Shown here one piece after another: positions 37,537-50,280 of a stretch of 64,000 nucleotides of DNA. A program made the translations under genes and the position numbers. Under the pieces are notes generated by a model, which was not told the origin of the DNA, did no database searches, and was given only the letters and a program-made list of their open reading frames with translations. The number at the start of each line of letters is the position of its first letter. Position 1 is the first letter of the stretch. The stretch lies in NCBI GenBank assembly GCA_002104905.1, contig MCFE01000020.1, positions 124,001-188,000 on the forward strand, in the 5' to 3' direction. The stretch comes from Basidiobolus meristosporus CBS 931.73. Lineage: Eukaryota; Fungi; Basidiobolomycota.

Positions 37537-38594
37537 TGTGGTAGTGTGTAAGCCCAAGGGAGAGATACATCCAACACTTCTCAAGTATTTTGTGTGTGGG
37601 GTGTTCACTGGGTGCAATAACCTCTGCCAAAAGCTTGCTAGGAATACTTGGGTTCTGTCTCTAATCTAATGTGAAGGGGAATAAAGCCACAAGCTTGTCA
37701 AGGCAAAACTATTGAGCTACAATCCCCAACTTAGTTGGCGTCTTAACAAAAGTATGTGCTGGGTTCAGCGTCCTTTGAGATGACAATATACTAAAGATTC
37801 CAAAGTCAAAACAACTGTAAACTCCACCAGCAGGGACTTGATAAGAATGCAGCTGTGGGCAATAGTTACAAAGACAGCAATATATCTTTTCCTGTTCAAG
37901 AACAGACTTGGGAAAGAATCAAATATAATAAAAGTTACCTACCCTGAGTACTCCTCACAAGTAGTGCCTCCAAGGTCAGTTAGCTGTCAGCATGATTTCC
38001 TGGGAGTGTCCTGTGGTCTGGGGTTAGAAGTTCAGGTAGCAGCAGGTAGCAGTGATCAAACTAATCAACAATTTGGTATATTTATAAAAGGGATGATGAT
38101 TTATTGCTGAGGGATTGCCTCCCTTATATACTTTTCTCACTGGCAAAGTGATTACTGATCATGGTGTTCTCATTGGTTCCAGATATCTATTGAAATCTTA
38201 ATGACATCAGAATGAGCTAAGAGTAGTCTGAGTAGGTGTGGAAGGTTATAAGTGACAGAGAACATCCAACCAATCAGGAATCAGTACCCTGAAACCTGTG
38301 TAACATAGGGATACCATTTGTGGTATGGAAATGGTAGAGATGGTGGCATGGTTTGATCATGTGTCATGGGTACTTGCCTTGTATAGAAGGACCTACAGCC
38401 AGTAATCTTGAGTAAAGTGAGGGATAATTTATGCTATAAAGTAAGCAGGTGTTATAGTCAGCTGGTTTATGGAACAGTAATGATCAAGTTAGACAAATGG
38501 GATAAAACTAAAATAAGTGTAGTAGAGAATTAGGGAAGTAGAAAATATGCAAATGAACACATCTGTCAGTGGATGTCACTGTGATCCCACTACT
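37537..38594 (-). repeat. Gypsy-2 solo LTR
   Basis: Reverse-complement LTR; flanks CCAG/CCTG; host gagtgt|gatcagaaag rejoined (compare 7160-7190). Confidence 0.88.
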
Positions 38595-38715
38595 CCTGGA
38601 TCAGAAAGTGAGCAAAATGGCAGGGAACCAATCAAAAGCCACTTATACATTGTTGTGATTAAAAATTTTGACCAAGTTTTTTGTGAAATCTGGAGTGCAA
38701 TTATTTTTCAAAAAT

Positions 38716-39147
38716 CTATTCTACATGTTTGTTATGCCAAGACATTGTGAAACTATCAATAGTACTTTGGCATTCAATAAATCATTAAGTGAGAACTAAA
38801 TAATATACTTGCTCTCCTAATCACTTCCAATACCTCCAAGATTCTTACAACACAATGAATATGCAGCTGCAGGAAAGAGGCCCTTGAAATATTGTTAGAG
38901 AAAACAATGTTCTCTTAAAAGCATTGGAGAAGAAGCCTTAAAGTACCAGCAAAAAGCGCAAAGTACCTTTAACCACATTTGCCTCAGTGCTCAAGACAAG
39001 CTGCTAATTCAATGTTCAAGAGCAAAAACAGCAATGAATACCTGGAAGGCATTGGAAGACATCCACCAGTCATATACAGCTGCTAACAAAATGTATCTTG
39101 GACAAAAGTTATTTGTTACAACAACACTGCCAGGAGAAGAAATGCAA
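38716..39147 (+). mobile_element. Copia-1 fragment D (LTR 3' part fused to gag, PBS deleted)
   Basis: 38716-38852 matches the LTR end (...CTTACAACA); 38860-39147 matches gag (QERG...KAKTA...TWKALED). Confidence 0.75.
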
Positions 39148-39624
39148 AAGTCTAATAGTACTACTCCTATGGACAATATTTTGGCCCCACAATTGGATCC
39201 AATTAAGACTGACCATTAGGATCCTGCAAGGCGTCCATCACAGTGCTGGCTGCATAGAAGTATTGACCCTCCTTATGATGTATTGATGATATTGTAATGG
39301 TGTTTTGATAATTTTATGGCCAAATAGAGTAAGAAACCTAATGGTGTTTATGTTGACTCTGGACAAGAATTGGCTGGCATTCTAATGGTCTTAATGTGCT
39401 CTTCATTTGTTTGAGCAGACCTAGCTGGCCAATACATCCAATTACATAATATGGCCAGAAACTTGACAGTCTTCTGACAGCCTCATTGATAACATCTGCC
39501 AGCATTTTTATGGTAGAACAGCAGTTTACAGATAGCTCTGTATAATGCCACCATACCAATATACCAAAGGATATTTTCTATTTCTACCTCCCCATATGCC
39601 ACTTACATATTGCATTATAGAATC

Positions 39625-42600
39625 TGTTGAAATTTAAAAAGTGATTTGGATGTAAGGAACTTATCAAAAAATAGTTATAATTGTTGAACTACTGTTTATT
39701 AATAAGGAAGCTCAGTATTTATACCTTTGTAGAAGTAATACAGCTGTAACACTAAGTAAGAAGGGTTTCTCAATATTCAGGAGCATTCTGTAAAGTATCA
39801 AGGTTAGTACATAATAGTGAATATTAGTGCTAATTTGATCCTGACTATAAGGGAATAATCATAAGATTATACAACTGAAGAAAGTGCAAAGTTAGAGCTG
39901 CAGATTAGTCCCTCAGTGACCAAAACTTGTCCAGAATTGCTAAGTAAATTTTTAGCTGCAGATTGATACCAAATAGTCCAATATTTCAACACTGCCCCTC
40001 AACTAAATAATTTCTTACTCCTCATTCCTCCTGAGATTCTCAAATTGTGTCCTAGCTAGTGGTTTTGTCAATATATCTGCCACCATTTAGTTAGTTGGGC
40101 AGTACACTAACTCTACTAAGTTATTTTCTATAACTTCCCTCACAAAGTGATGCCGTATATCAATGTGCTTAGTTCTGGCATGATTAGTAGGATTTCTAGC
40201 TAATGAAATACAACTTTGATTATTCTTGTAAATACATGTTGGTTCATCTGAATTAAAACCTAAGTCTTTGGATAATTTTTGTAGCCATATAGCCTCCTTG
40301 GTTGCTTGAAATGCAGCCATATATTCTGCTTCAGTTGTAGATAGGGCCACATTTTGTTGTTTCTTGCAATTCCAAGTAATAGCTGCACCAGCATAAAGAA
40401 ATACATAGCCTGTGGTAGAGCATCTGTCAACCAGATTCATACCCCAATCTCAATCACCATAACCATCAAATTTTTGCCTATTGGCTGCTCCTAAGTATTG
40501 CAGTACCATATTCATGGTACCTTGTAGATATCTAAAAATCCGCTTAGCTGCTGAAATCTGCTCTGATCCATAGTTCTACATGAATTAACTGACTATTCCA
40601 AGTGCCACTGCAATATCTGCAAGTGTAGACACCATCAAGTACATTAGGATACCAACCATTGATTGAAAGGGAAAGTTTTGGTCCATATTTGAGCTGTTTC
40701 ATCTATAACTCTGATGTACCAAGACTGATTCAGCACAATTTCCTGTGTAGGTATGTCAAATTTGACCTCAATTCCAAGAAATAGCTCAATTTTCCAAGAT
40801 CTTTCTTCTCAAACTTGCTGAAGAGATCTGATTTTGTCTGTTAAAGTTCCTCTTGGTCACTTGTGGCTATAATTAAGTTGTCCACATAAAGGACTAGGAT
40901 GATATCACCCTTTTTGAGCTGTTTCACATATATACTGTGATCTGTAGTGCTACAAGAAAACCCAATTTCCTCTAGATATGTGTCAATCTTGTTATACCAT
41001 GCTCTAGGGGCCTGCTTAAGCCCATACAACAATTTTCTAAGTTTGCACACCTTATGGGGGTTTTTTGAATTAGTAAAACCTTCTGGTTGCTCTATATACA
41101 TAGTTTCTTGCAAATTCCCATTTCAAAAGGCTATTTTGGCGTCCATTTGGTGTGGGTCTAGATTGTATACAGCTGCCAAGGCTAGAGAGGTCCTAATGGA
41201 GTTAAACTTGGCAACTGGAGCAAATGTTTCCTTAAAGTCCAGTCCCTGGATCTGGGAATAGCCTTTAGCCACAAATCTAGCCTTGTACTTATGAATGGCA
41301 CCATTTGAGGTTATCATGATCCAGTAGACCCATCTGCATCCTTTTGACTTTCTCCCATTTGGTGAATCTACCAGTTTGCACGTTTTTGCCTTGACCAGTG
41401 ATTGGTACTCCTCCTGCATGGCTTCTTGCCACATAGTAGCATCTGGACTTTCCATTGCCTGTTCCAGATTCTGAGGTTTGGCACATAAGGCAAGAGAAGC
41501 TTCTTTGTGATCATTGGATGTCTGCCACCAGGATCCAAGGGCATTTCTTATTCTGGGAGATCTCCTAACTGGAATAATCTGTTTTGATCTGGAACTGGTA
41601 GAAGTAACTTCTGTATCTTGCTGAACTTTGTATATATCCCCTTCATTAGTGTTGATTGCATCATAAGGCAGCTGGCCAATGATTTCTGTGGCTTTCTGAT
41701 CTGAATTATCCTTGAATACATTGTCCCTACTCTTGATCAGCTTCTGCATTTCACCATCATACACTCTATACCCTTTAGTATCTTCACAATACCCAAGAAA
41801 GATCCCTTTCCTACTCTTTGGTTCCAACTTTGAGTGTTTTTTGTCATGGATGTGATAAAAAACATCACTACCAAAGATCTTGAGGTGCTGGAGATCTGGT
41901 GTTTTGCTTGTATATGCTTCAAAGCGTGTAGAATCACATAGTGCAGTTGTTGGGCATCTGCGCCTGATGTATACCACGATAGCAACAGATTCAGCCCAAA
42001 ACTTGTAGTCCATTCCCTTATTGTGTTGCATAGATCTTCCCACCTCTACTATTGTTCTATTTGCTCATTCTGCTACTCCATTTTGCTGTGGAGTATGAAA
42101 AACTGTGTTCTGTAGAAGTATACAAGTAGACAAGCAGTATTTTGCGAAATCCATTGAACAGTATCCTCCTCCATTTTCACTTTGTAATACCTTCAATTTA
42201 CACCCAGTTTGTGCTTCTGCCATGTACTTGAAGTGCTTAAATGTCTCTAAAGCTTTATCCTTTGTTTTGAGGAAGTACACCCATGTATATCTTGTTTTGT
42301 CATCAATAAATGTCATAGAGAATCTCTTAGCTCCAAAGGACCGTGTTCTCATGGGGCCACATATGTCTGAGTGTACAATAGGCAATAGTTTGGTGGTATT
42401 GATGCCTTCTGGGCTGTTAAAACTTTGCCTAGCTTGTTTGCCATATGAACATCCCATTACAAACATTCAATTTGATTGGAATTGAGCATTTTAGGCCCAA
42501 AACAAGCTGATTTTTCACCAATTGGCTGCTTTCTGTTCCCCAATGCATCCTAGGCACCTATGCCATGTCTCCTGGCTGGTTTCATTAGCTTCAGCAAAGT

Positions 42601-44167
42601 TAACATACTCAGGTACAATGATCTTGCCTTGTAACTTGTATATATTGTGATCTTTGATTCCCAAAGCTAATTTTTGTCCATTTTCACTCAATATTGAGCA
42701 GCTCATCTTAGTAAAATCAAATTTCAGTCCCCAAGCAGTTGCTTTACTGACTGAGAGTAGGTTCCTAGCTATTGCAGGTACACACAGAATGTCAGTGAGT
42801 CTTGCTGTTGTTGCCCCAGAGCTATTGCTCATATTTAGTCATATACACCCATTTGCGGTAGCTTCCAGAGCAGAATTATCATAAATATACCACAAATATG
42901 CTGTGAGGCTCCAGAGTCAATATACCATTCATTACTTTGGTTACTTGCACTCTCTTGTACGGTTCCAGATAACTTTTCATCAGTAGTTATAAGGTTTACC
43001 TGCTCTAGCTTCTGTTATTTGTCTGCTTGTATCTTCTTGCACTCTCTTGCCCAGTGTCCTGGCTTTTTACAATAGTTACAGTAGCCAGGTTTTCTTTGGT
43101 TTTGTTGCTTTCCCTTCTTTTCTTTGTGCCTTTCTGAACAGAATGAGGCATTATCTTTGATTTTCTCTGCTTGATCATCATGTCTGAGTTCTTCATGGAG
43201 AAGTCTTCCTCTGACATAGTCAAAAGTCAAATTGTCTTCTCTGCTTTCAAAAGAAAGTATGAGTGGCTCATACTAATCTGGTAGGCTGCAAAGCAGACAG
43301 AGTATCTTTTCTTCATAATCTACACAAGCATTACTACTGTAAAGTTCTTGTGCAAGTGTCTGCATTCTGGTAATGAGTTGTAGTATGTCATCATCTAGCT
43401 TTGTCCTCATGTTGAAGAACTTCTGTTTTAAATACAGCTTGATTGATACTGACTTTGCTGTAAAGATCTTCTCTGAGGAATCTTATGCAGCTTGGGCAGT
43501 AATTGAGGCATGGATTTCTCCAATGAAGGAATCTTGCACATTGATACGTATGGCATTAAAGGCCTTTCTCTCCTTCTCTTGTAACTTCTCCATTTCTTCT
43601 GCTGTTACTTTGAGCTCAACTTCTTTTCCTGTAGCTATGTTCCAAAGCTTCCTTTCCTCAAGGTGGATCTGCATTTTAATTCTCCAAAGTCTGTAGTTGC
43701 TTCCATCAAACCTCTCCATTACATGGAAGATGCTGGTGTTGTTCTGTTTGCTGGTAGAAGTCATCTTCAGAATAGGTTAAGGCAATCAGGGCTCATAACC
43801 TGTTGCAATTTAAGAAGTGATTTGGATGTAAGGAACTATAAAAAAATAGTTATAATTGTTGAACTACTGTTTATTAATAAGGAAGATCAGTATTTATATC
43901 TTTGTAGAAGTAATGCAGCTGTAACACTAAGTAAGGAGGGTTTCTCAATATTCAGGAGCATTCTGTAACAGTTACAGGGTTAATACATAATAGTTAGTAT
44001 TAGTGCTAATATGATCCTGACTATAGGTGAATAATCATAAGATTATAGAACTAAAAAAAGTGCAAAGATAGAGCTGTCAATTAGTCCCACAGTGACCAAG
44101 ACAAGTCCAGATTTATTAAGTAAACTTTTAGCTGCAGATTGATACCAAATAGTCCAATATTTTCACA
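39625..44167 (-). mobile_element. Ty1/copia element, Copia-2 copy A (older)
   Basis: LTRs 39625-39991 and 43801-44167 (visibly ~10% diverged), perfect TSD GAATC, PBS GGTTATGAGCCCTG. Confidence 0.95.
40010..43764 (-). pseudogene. Copia-2 A gag-pol, heavily disrupted
   Basis: gag, CNYCKKPGHWAREC, VHSDICGP integrase, YVDN (decayed YVDD), TKHIDIRHH. Confidence 0.93.
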
Positions 44168-44871
44168 GAATCACCTCTCTTTGTTTGCTTACCCACTACT
44201 ACCTTAAGTATTCCACAAATAGTTCAAATAAAAAAACACTATGGCCTCCTGCTGACTAACTTCTACACGTGTGCACAATTGCTGCAATTGACACACTTCT
44301 TTAAACTTAATTCTACAGCTTTTTAGTGTCAGTTGCTCTTATTTGTGTGAATTCCATACTGAACGGTGCAGAAATTGGTTTGTGACAAGAAGAAACACTT
44401 CATAGTTTAGACATGCTGTCCTAATAAAACTGAGTTACTTTTTGCTCCTAACCCAACTTTGCATCACTTAACTGATTACCCATGCATTTGGGCTGCTTAG
44501 CTTCTTTATATCAAAGGCATATGTATTCCATATGCACATCTGTCTGCAGTATTTTGCAACTCTTCCTGCCTATCCTTCATTTGTCATGTCATCACATTCA
44601 TGACAGACTCAAAGGTAATATTCTCAATGAGACTAGTATATGATGGTTACTGCAACTTGACTCATGTTCTTATCTCCTCATACATCTGCTCCATAGAAAG
44701 CTCCCAAAAGCCCTATGAAAAATCTCAAACTTGGAATTCATCTGATTTTCAGTTGGTATAGAGCTGGTGTTTTTGATGCAAAATTCCAAATGCAATTATT
44801 TATAGAAGTAATGGGCAACTATTAAAAATATTTGACATGGATGCTGGTTGGCCTAGTCTCCTCCTGGAGAA

Positions 44872-47800
44872 TGTTGCAATTTAAGAAGTGATTTGGATAT
44901 AAGGAACTTATCAAGAAATAGTGATAATAGTTGAACTGTTGTTTATTCATAAAGAAGCTCAGTATTTATACCTTTGTAGAAGTAATACAGCTGCAACACT
45001 AAGTAGGGAGGGTTTCTCAATATTCAGGAGCATTCTGTAACAGTTTCAGGGTTAGTACATAATGCTTGGTAATAGTGCTAATTTGATCCTGACTATAGGG
45101 GAATAATCATAAGATCATATATCTGGAGAAAGTGGCAAAGTTAAGGCAGTAAATGAGTCCTACAGTGACTAAGACTAGCCTAGAATTGTTAAGTAAACTT
45201 TTAGCTGCTGAATGATACCAAATAGTCCAATATTTCAACACTCCCCCTCAACTAAATAATTTCTTAATTCCAATTTCTCTCTAAGGATCTCAAACTGTGG
45301 CCTAGCTAGTGGTTTTGTCAATATGTCTGCCACCATTTTGTCAGTTGGGCAGTAAACCAGCTCTACTAAGTTATTTTCTACAGCTTCCCTCACAAAGTGA
45401 TGCTGTATATCAATGTGCTTAGTTCTGGCATGATTAGTAGGATTTCTAGCTAATGAAATACAACTTTTATTATCCTTGTAAATACATGTTGGTTCACCTG
45501 AATTAAAACCTAAGTCTTTGAATAGTTTTTGTAGCCATATAGCCTCCTTAGTTGCTTGACATGCAGCCATTTATTTGGCTTCAGTTGTAGATAGTGCCAC
45601 AGTTGGTTGTTTTTTTGCAATTCCAAGTAATAGCTGCACCAGCATAAAGAAATACATAGCCTGTGGTAGAGCGTCTGTCAATCAAATCCCTACCCCAATC
45701 GGAATCACTATAACCATCAAATTTTGCCTATTAGCTGCTCCAGAGTATTCCAGTACCATATTTATGGTACCTTGTAGATATCTGAAAATCCGCTTAACTG
45801 CTGCAATTTGATCTGATCCATAGTTCTGCATGAATTGACTGACTATTCCAGCTGCTACTGCAATATCTGGACGTGTAGACACCATCAAGTACATTAGGCT
45901 ACCAACCATTGATTGATAGGGAACGTTTTGGTCCTTATTTGAGCCGTTTTCATCTATAACTGGCTGAGATTTGCTTAATTTCAGGTTATTGTCCATAGGG
46001 GTTGCTGCAGGCTTGCAATTTTCCATTTCAAAGCATCTAAGAATGTCCCTGATGTACTTCGACTGATTCAGCACAATTTTCTACCTAGGTATGTCAAATT
46101 TGACCTCAATTCCAAGAAAATAGCTCAATTTTCCAAGATCTTTCATCTCAAACTTGCTGAAGAGATCTGATTTTGTCTGTTTAAGTGCCTCTTGATCACT
46201 TGTAGCTGTAATTAGGTCGTCCACATAAAGAACTAGGATGATCACACCCTTTTTGAGCTGTTTCACAAATATACTGTGATCTGCAGTGCTACGAGAGAAC
46301 CCAATTTCCTCTAGATATGTGTCAATCTTGTTATACCATGCTCTGGGTGCCTGCTTAAGCCCATACAACAATTTTCAAAGTTTGCACACCTTATGGGGGC
46401 TTTTTGGATCGGTAAAACCTTCTGGTTGCTCTATATATATAGTTTCTTGCAAATCCCCATTTAGAAAGGCTGTTTTGACGTCCATTTGGTGTAGATCTAG
46501 ACTGTGTACAGCTGCCAGGGTTAGAACTGTCCTAATAGAGTTAAACTTGGCAACTGGAGCAAATGTTTCCTTAAAGTCTAGTCCCTGGATCTGGGAATAG
46601 CCTTTAGCTACCAATCTAGCCTTGTACTTATCAATGGCACCATTTGAGGTTATCTTGATCTTGTAGACCCATCTACATCCTATTGGCTTTCTCCCATTTG
46701 GTAAATCTACCAGTTCCCACGTTTTTGCCTTGATCAGTGATTGGTACTCCTCCTGCATGGCTTGTTGCCACTTAGTAGCATCTGGACCTTGCATTGCCTG
46801 TTCCAGATTCTGAGGTTTGGCACATATGGCAAGATAAGCTTCTTTGTGATCATTGGATGTCTGCCACCAGGATCCAGGGGCATTTCTTATTCTGGTAGAT
46901 CTCCTAACTGGGATAATCTGTTCTGATCTGGAACTAGTAGAAGTATCTTCCATCTCTGGCTGGATTTGGTACGTATCTTCTTCATTTGTGTTGATTGCAT
47001 CATCAGGTAGCTGGCCAATGATTTCTGTGGCTTTCTGATCTGAATTCTCCTCAAATACAACGTCCCTGCTCTTGATCAGCTTCTGAATTTTGCCATCATA
47101 CACTCTATACCCTTTAGTATCTTCACAATACCCAAGAAAGATCCCTTTTCTACTCTTTGGTTCCAACTTTGAGTGTTTTTTGTCAGGGATGTGATAAAAA
47201 ACAGCACTGCCAAAGATCCTGAGGTGCTGGAGATCTGGTTTTTTCCCTGTATATGCTTCAAAGGTTGTAGAATCACGTAGTGTTGTTGTTGGGCATCTGT
47301 TCTTGATGTATACAGTGGTAGCAACAGATTCAGCCCAAAACTTGTAGTCCATTCCCTTATCATGTAGCATAGATCTTCCCATCTCTACTATTGTTCTATT
47401 TGCACGTTCTGCTACTCCATTTTGCTGTGGAGTATGAGGAACTGTGGTCTGTTGAAGTATATCAGTAGACAAGCAGTATTTTGCAAACTGCTTTGAGCAG
47501 TATTCTCCTCCATTGTCACTTGGTAGTACCTTCAATTTACACCCAGTTTGTGTTTCTGCCATATTCTTGAAGTGCTTAAGCGTCTCTAAAGCTTAATCCT
47601 TTGTTTTAAGGAAGTACACCTATGTATATCTTGTCTTGTCATCAATAAACGTCATAAAGTATCTCTTGGCTCCAAAGGACAGTGTTCTCATGGGGCCACG
47701 TATGTCTGAGTGTACAATAGCCAATATTTTGGTAGTATTGATGCCTTCTAAGCTCTTGAAACGTTGCCTAGCTTGTTTGCCATATGAACATCCCTTACAA

Positions 47801-49558
47801 ACATTCAATTTGATCGGAACTGAGTATTTTAGGCCCAAAACAAGCTGATTTTTCACCAATTGGCTCATTTTCTGTTCCCCTATGTGTCCTAGCCTCCTAT
47901 GCCACGTCTCCCAGTTGGTTTCATTAGTTTCAGCAATGTTGACATATTCAGGTACAATGATCTTGCATTGTAACTTGTATATATTGTGATCTCTGATTCC
48001 CGAAGCTAATTTTTGTCCATTTTCACTCAGTATTGAGCAGCTCAGCTTTGTAAAAACAAATTTCAGTCCCTGTGTAGTTGCTTTACTGACTGAGAGTAGG
48101 TTCTTAGCTATTCCAGGTACATAGAGTAAGTCAGTCAGTTTTTGCTGTTGTTGCCCCTGAGTTATCACTCATATTTAGTTGTATAGACCCACTGGCGGTA
48201 GCTTCCAATGCAGAGTTATCTCCCAGATAAACCTTTCTTACGGGAATAGTCTTTAAGTTGCTGAACCAATCCTTTATACCACAAATATGCTGTGATGCTC
48301 CAGAGTCAATATACCATTCATTACTTTGGTTACTTGCACTCTCTTGTACAGTGACAAATAACTGTTCATTAGTAGTTATATGGTTTGCCTGCTCTAGTTT
48401 CTGTTTTTCGTCTGCTTGTTTTTTCTTGCATTCTCTTGCCCAGTGTCCTGGCTTCTTACAGTAGTTACAGCAGCCAGGTTTTCTTCGGTTTTGTTGCTTT
48501 CCCTTCTTTTCTGTATGCCTTTCTGAACTGAATAAAGCATTATCTTCAATTTTCTCTGCTTGATCATTACATCTGAGTTCTTCATGGAGAAGTCTTCCTT
48601 TGACATAGTCTAAAGTCAAGTTGTCTTCTCTGCGTTCAAAAGAAAGTATGAGTGGGTCATACTTGTCTGGTAGGCTGCAAAGCAGACAGAGTATCTTTTC
48701 TTCATCATCTACACCAGCATTAATACTGTAAAGTTCTTCTGCAAGTGTCTCCATTCTGGTAACTAGTTGTAGCATGTCATCATCTGGCTTTTTTCTCATG
48801 TTGAAGAACCTTTGTTTCAAATACAGCTTGCTTGATACTGACTTTGCTCTAAAGATCTTCTCTAAGGATTCCCATGCTGCTTTGGCAGTATTTGAGGCAT
48901 GGATTTGTCCAATGAAGGAGTCGTGCACATTGATGCGTATTGCATTGAAGGCCTTTCTCTCCTTCTCTTGAAACTTCTCCACATCTTCTGCTGTTCCTTT
49001 GGGCTCAACTTCCTTTCCTGTTACTATGTTCCAAAGCTTTCTTTCCTCAAGGTGGATCTGCATCTTGATTCTCCAAAGTCTGTAGTTCTTCCCATCAAAC
49101 CTCTCCTTTACAGGGAAGATGTTGGTATTGCTTTGTTTGCTGGTAGAAGTCATCTTTAGAATAGATTAAGGCAATCGGGACTCATAACCTGTTGCAATTT
49201 AAGAAGTGATTTGGATATAAGGAACTTATCAAGAAATAGTTATAATAGTTGAACTGTTGTTTATTCATAAAGAAGCTCAGTATTTATACCTTTGTAGAAG
49301 TAATACAGCTGCAACACTAAGTAGGGAGGGTTTCTCAATATTCAGGAGCATTCTGTAACAGTTTCAGGGTTAGTACATAATGTTTGGTAATAGTGCTAAT
49401 TTGATCCTGACTATAGGGGAATAATCATAAGATCATATATCTGGAGAAAGTGGCAAAGTTAAGGCAGTAAATGAGTCCTACAGTGACTAAGACTAGCCTA
49501 GAATTGTTAAGTAAATTTTTAGCTGCTGAATGATACCAAATAGTCCAATATTTCAACA
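44872..49558 (-). mobile_element. Copia-2 copy B (younger)
   Basis: 369-bp LTRs 44872-45240 and 49190-49558 differing at 3 positions, perfect TSD GAGAA, PBS 49178-49189, PPT next to 45241. Confidence 0.97.
45235..49153 (-). pseudogene. Copia-2 B gag-pol, 5 in-frame stops and 2 frameshifts
   Basis: Track ORFs 48131-49153, 47620-48168, 46375-47562, 46081-46371, 45682-46074, 45235-45570 cover gag, WYIDSGAS, rve, RT YVDD, RNase H. Confidence 0.95.
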
Positions 49559-50110
49559 GAGAATTGGTGTTCTTGCTTGCCTGTCAGCTGATGACAGAAT
49601 GACTAAGAGTTGTCAATTGTAAGAAACTTGGAATTCAGCTGATATTATGATGGTATTTTGCTGGCCTTTTCTTATTTTTTTTAGGGAAGGTGAAGCAAGC
49701 CCCAATATTTACACATACTATGCAACATGGAGTAGAGAATGCATACAGTAGCAGCAGAGATCCATGAATTCAGCTTGATATATATAGTGTAGCAGCTCAA
49801 ATCCTGCCACAAACTCCTTGCATAAAGGCTGTAAATGTGTCAACTTGTCATTGGTGATCCACTTCCAGATAAATATTCCTTCAATATCAACAGATGACCA
49901 CCAATAATTCCAATGTACACTTGGTAGATATCACTTTAGAAAAGTCCTTGCATTTGTATAGTTGCATCAGCTTGTGAATACTGATTGGAGCTTACAAGAA
50001 GTACTCTGGGTAGCAGATACTCTGTAATATCTTGCCAATTCTTTCAGATTTCTCTGGTATCTCCAAGAACTCATTCAGCTTGAATTAACCCATACCCACG
50101 TACGTGCAAT

Positions 50111-50280
50111 AGACTTGTTCAGTTGGATGGTGCCACATTGAGCAATGAGTGCCAAATTATGCCATAGTGTGCAAGGGAGGCCCAGCAAGCCTATACTTGC
50201 CCACAGAGTATGCAGCATAGCTCTGCATATTCATGTAAAGCAGCCCCTGTGTTTCACCCATTGTGCTGGAGAAAATCCAT
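50111..50280 (+). mobile_element. Truncated arm of the foldback MITE family
   Basis: AGACTTGTTCAGTTGGATGGTGCCAC after AAT; collinear with 11854-12023. Confidence 0.85.

Larger units (their letters stand above)
27513..38715 (-). mobile_element. CCCTA-type element copy 2 (both termini lost), with Gypsy-1 and a Gypsy-2 solo LTR nested
   Basis: 27513-27780 is the reverse complement of the copy-1 right subterminus; transposase ~27789-29923; accessory ORF ~30930-31189 and 36094-37300; 38595-38715 matches ~7060-7180. Confidence 0.85.
44711..49686. mobile_element. ~284-bp non-autonomous CCCTA mini-element (44711-44871 plus 49564-49686) carrying Copia-2 B
   Basis: Ends CCCTATGAAAAA / TTTTTTTAGGG, perfect 3-bp TSD AAG; host ctcccaaaag|gtgaagc rejoined. 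Confidence 0.85.
39165..50110 (-). mobile_element. Diverged CCCTA-type copy 3 (host segments 39165-39624, 44168-44710, 49687-50110)
   Basis: Decayed terminus TCCTATGG...GGATCC at 39165; Tnp2 3' region collinear across the Copia-2 A and mini-element insertions. Confidence 0.7.

Noticed and set aside
45241-49189. 12 of 31 surviving CpGs in Copia-2 B are in ACGT context
   Set aside because: Could reflect context-dependent mutation but is confounded by codon usage (NAC-G junctions, CGT Arg); needs a consensus-based spectrum.
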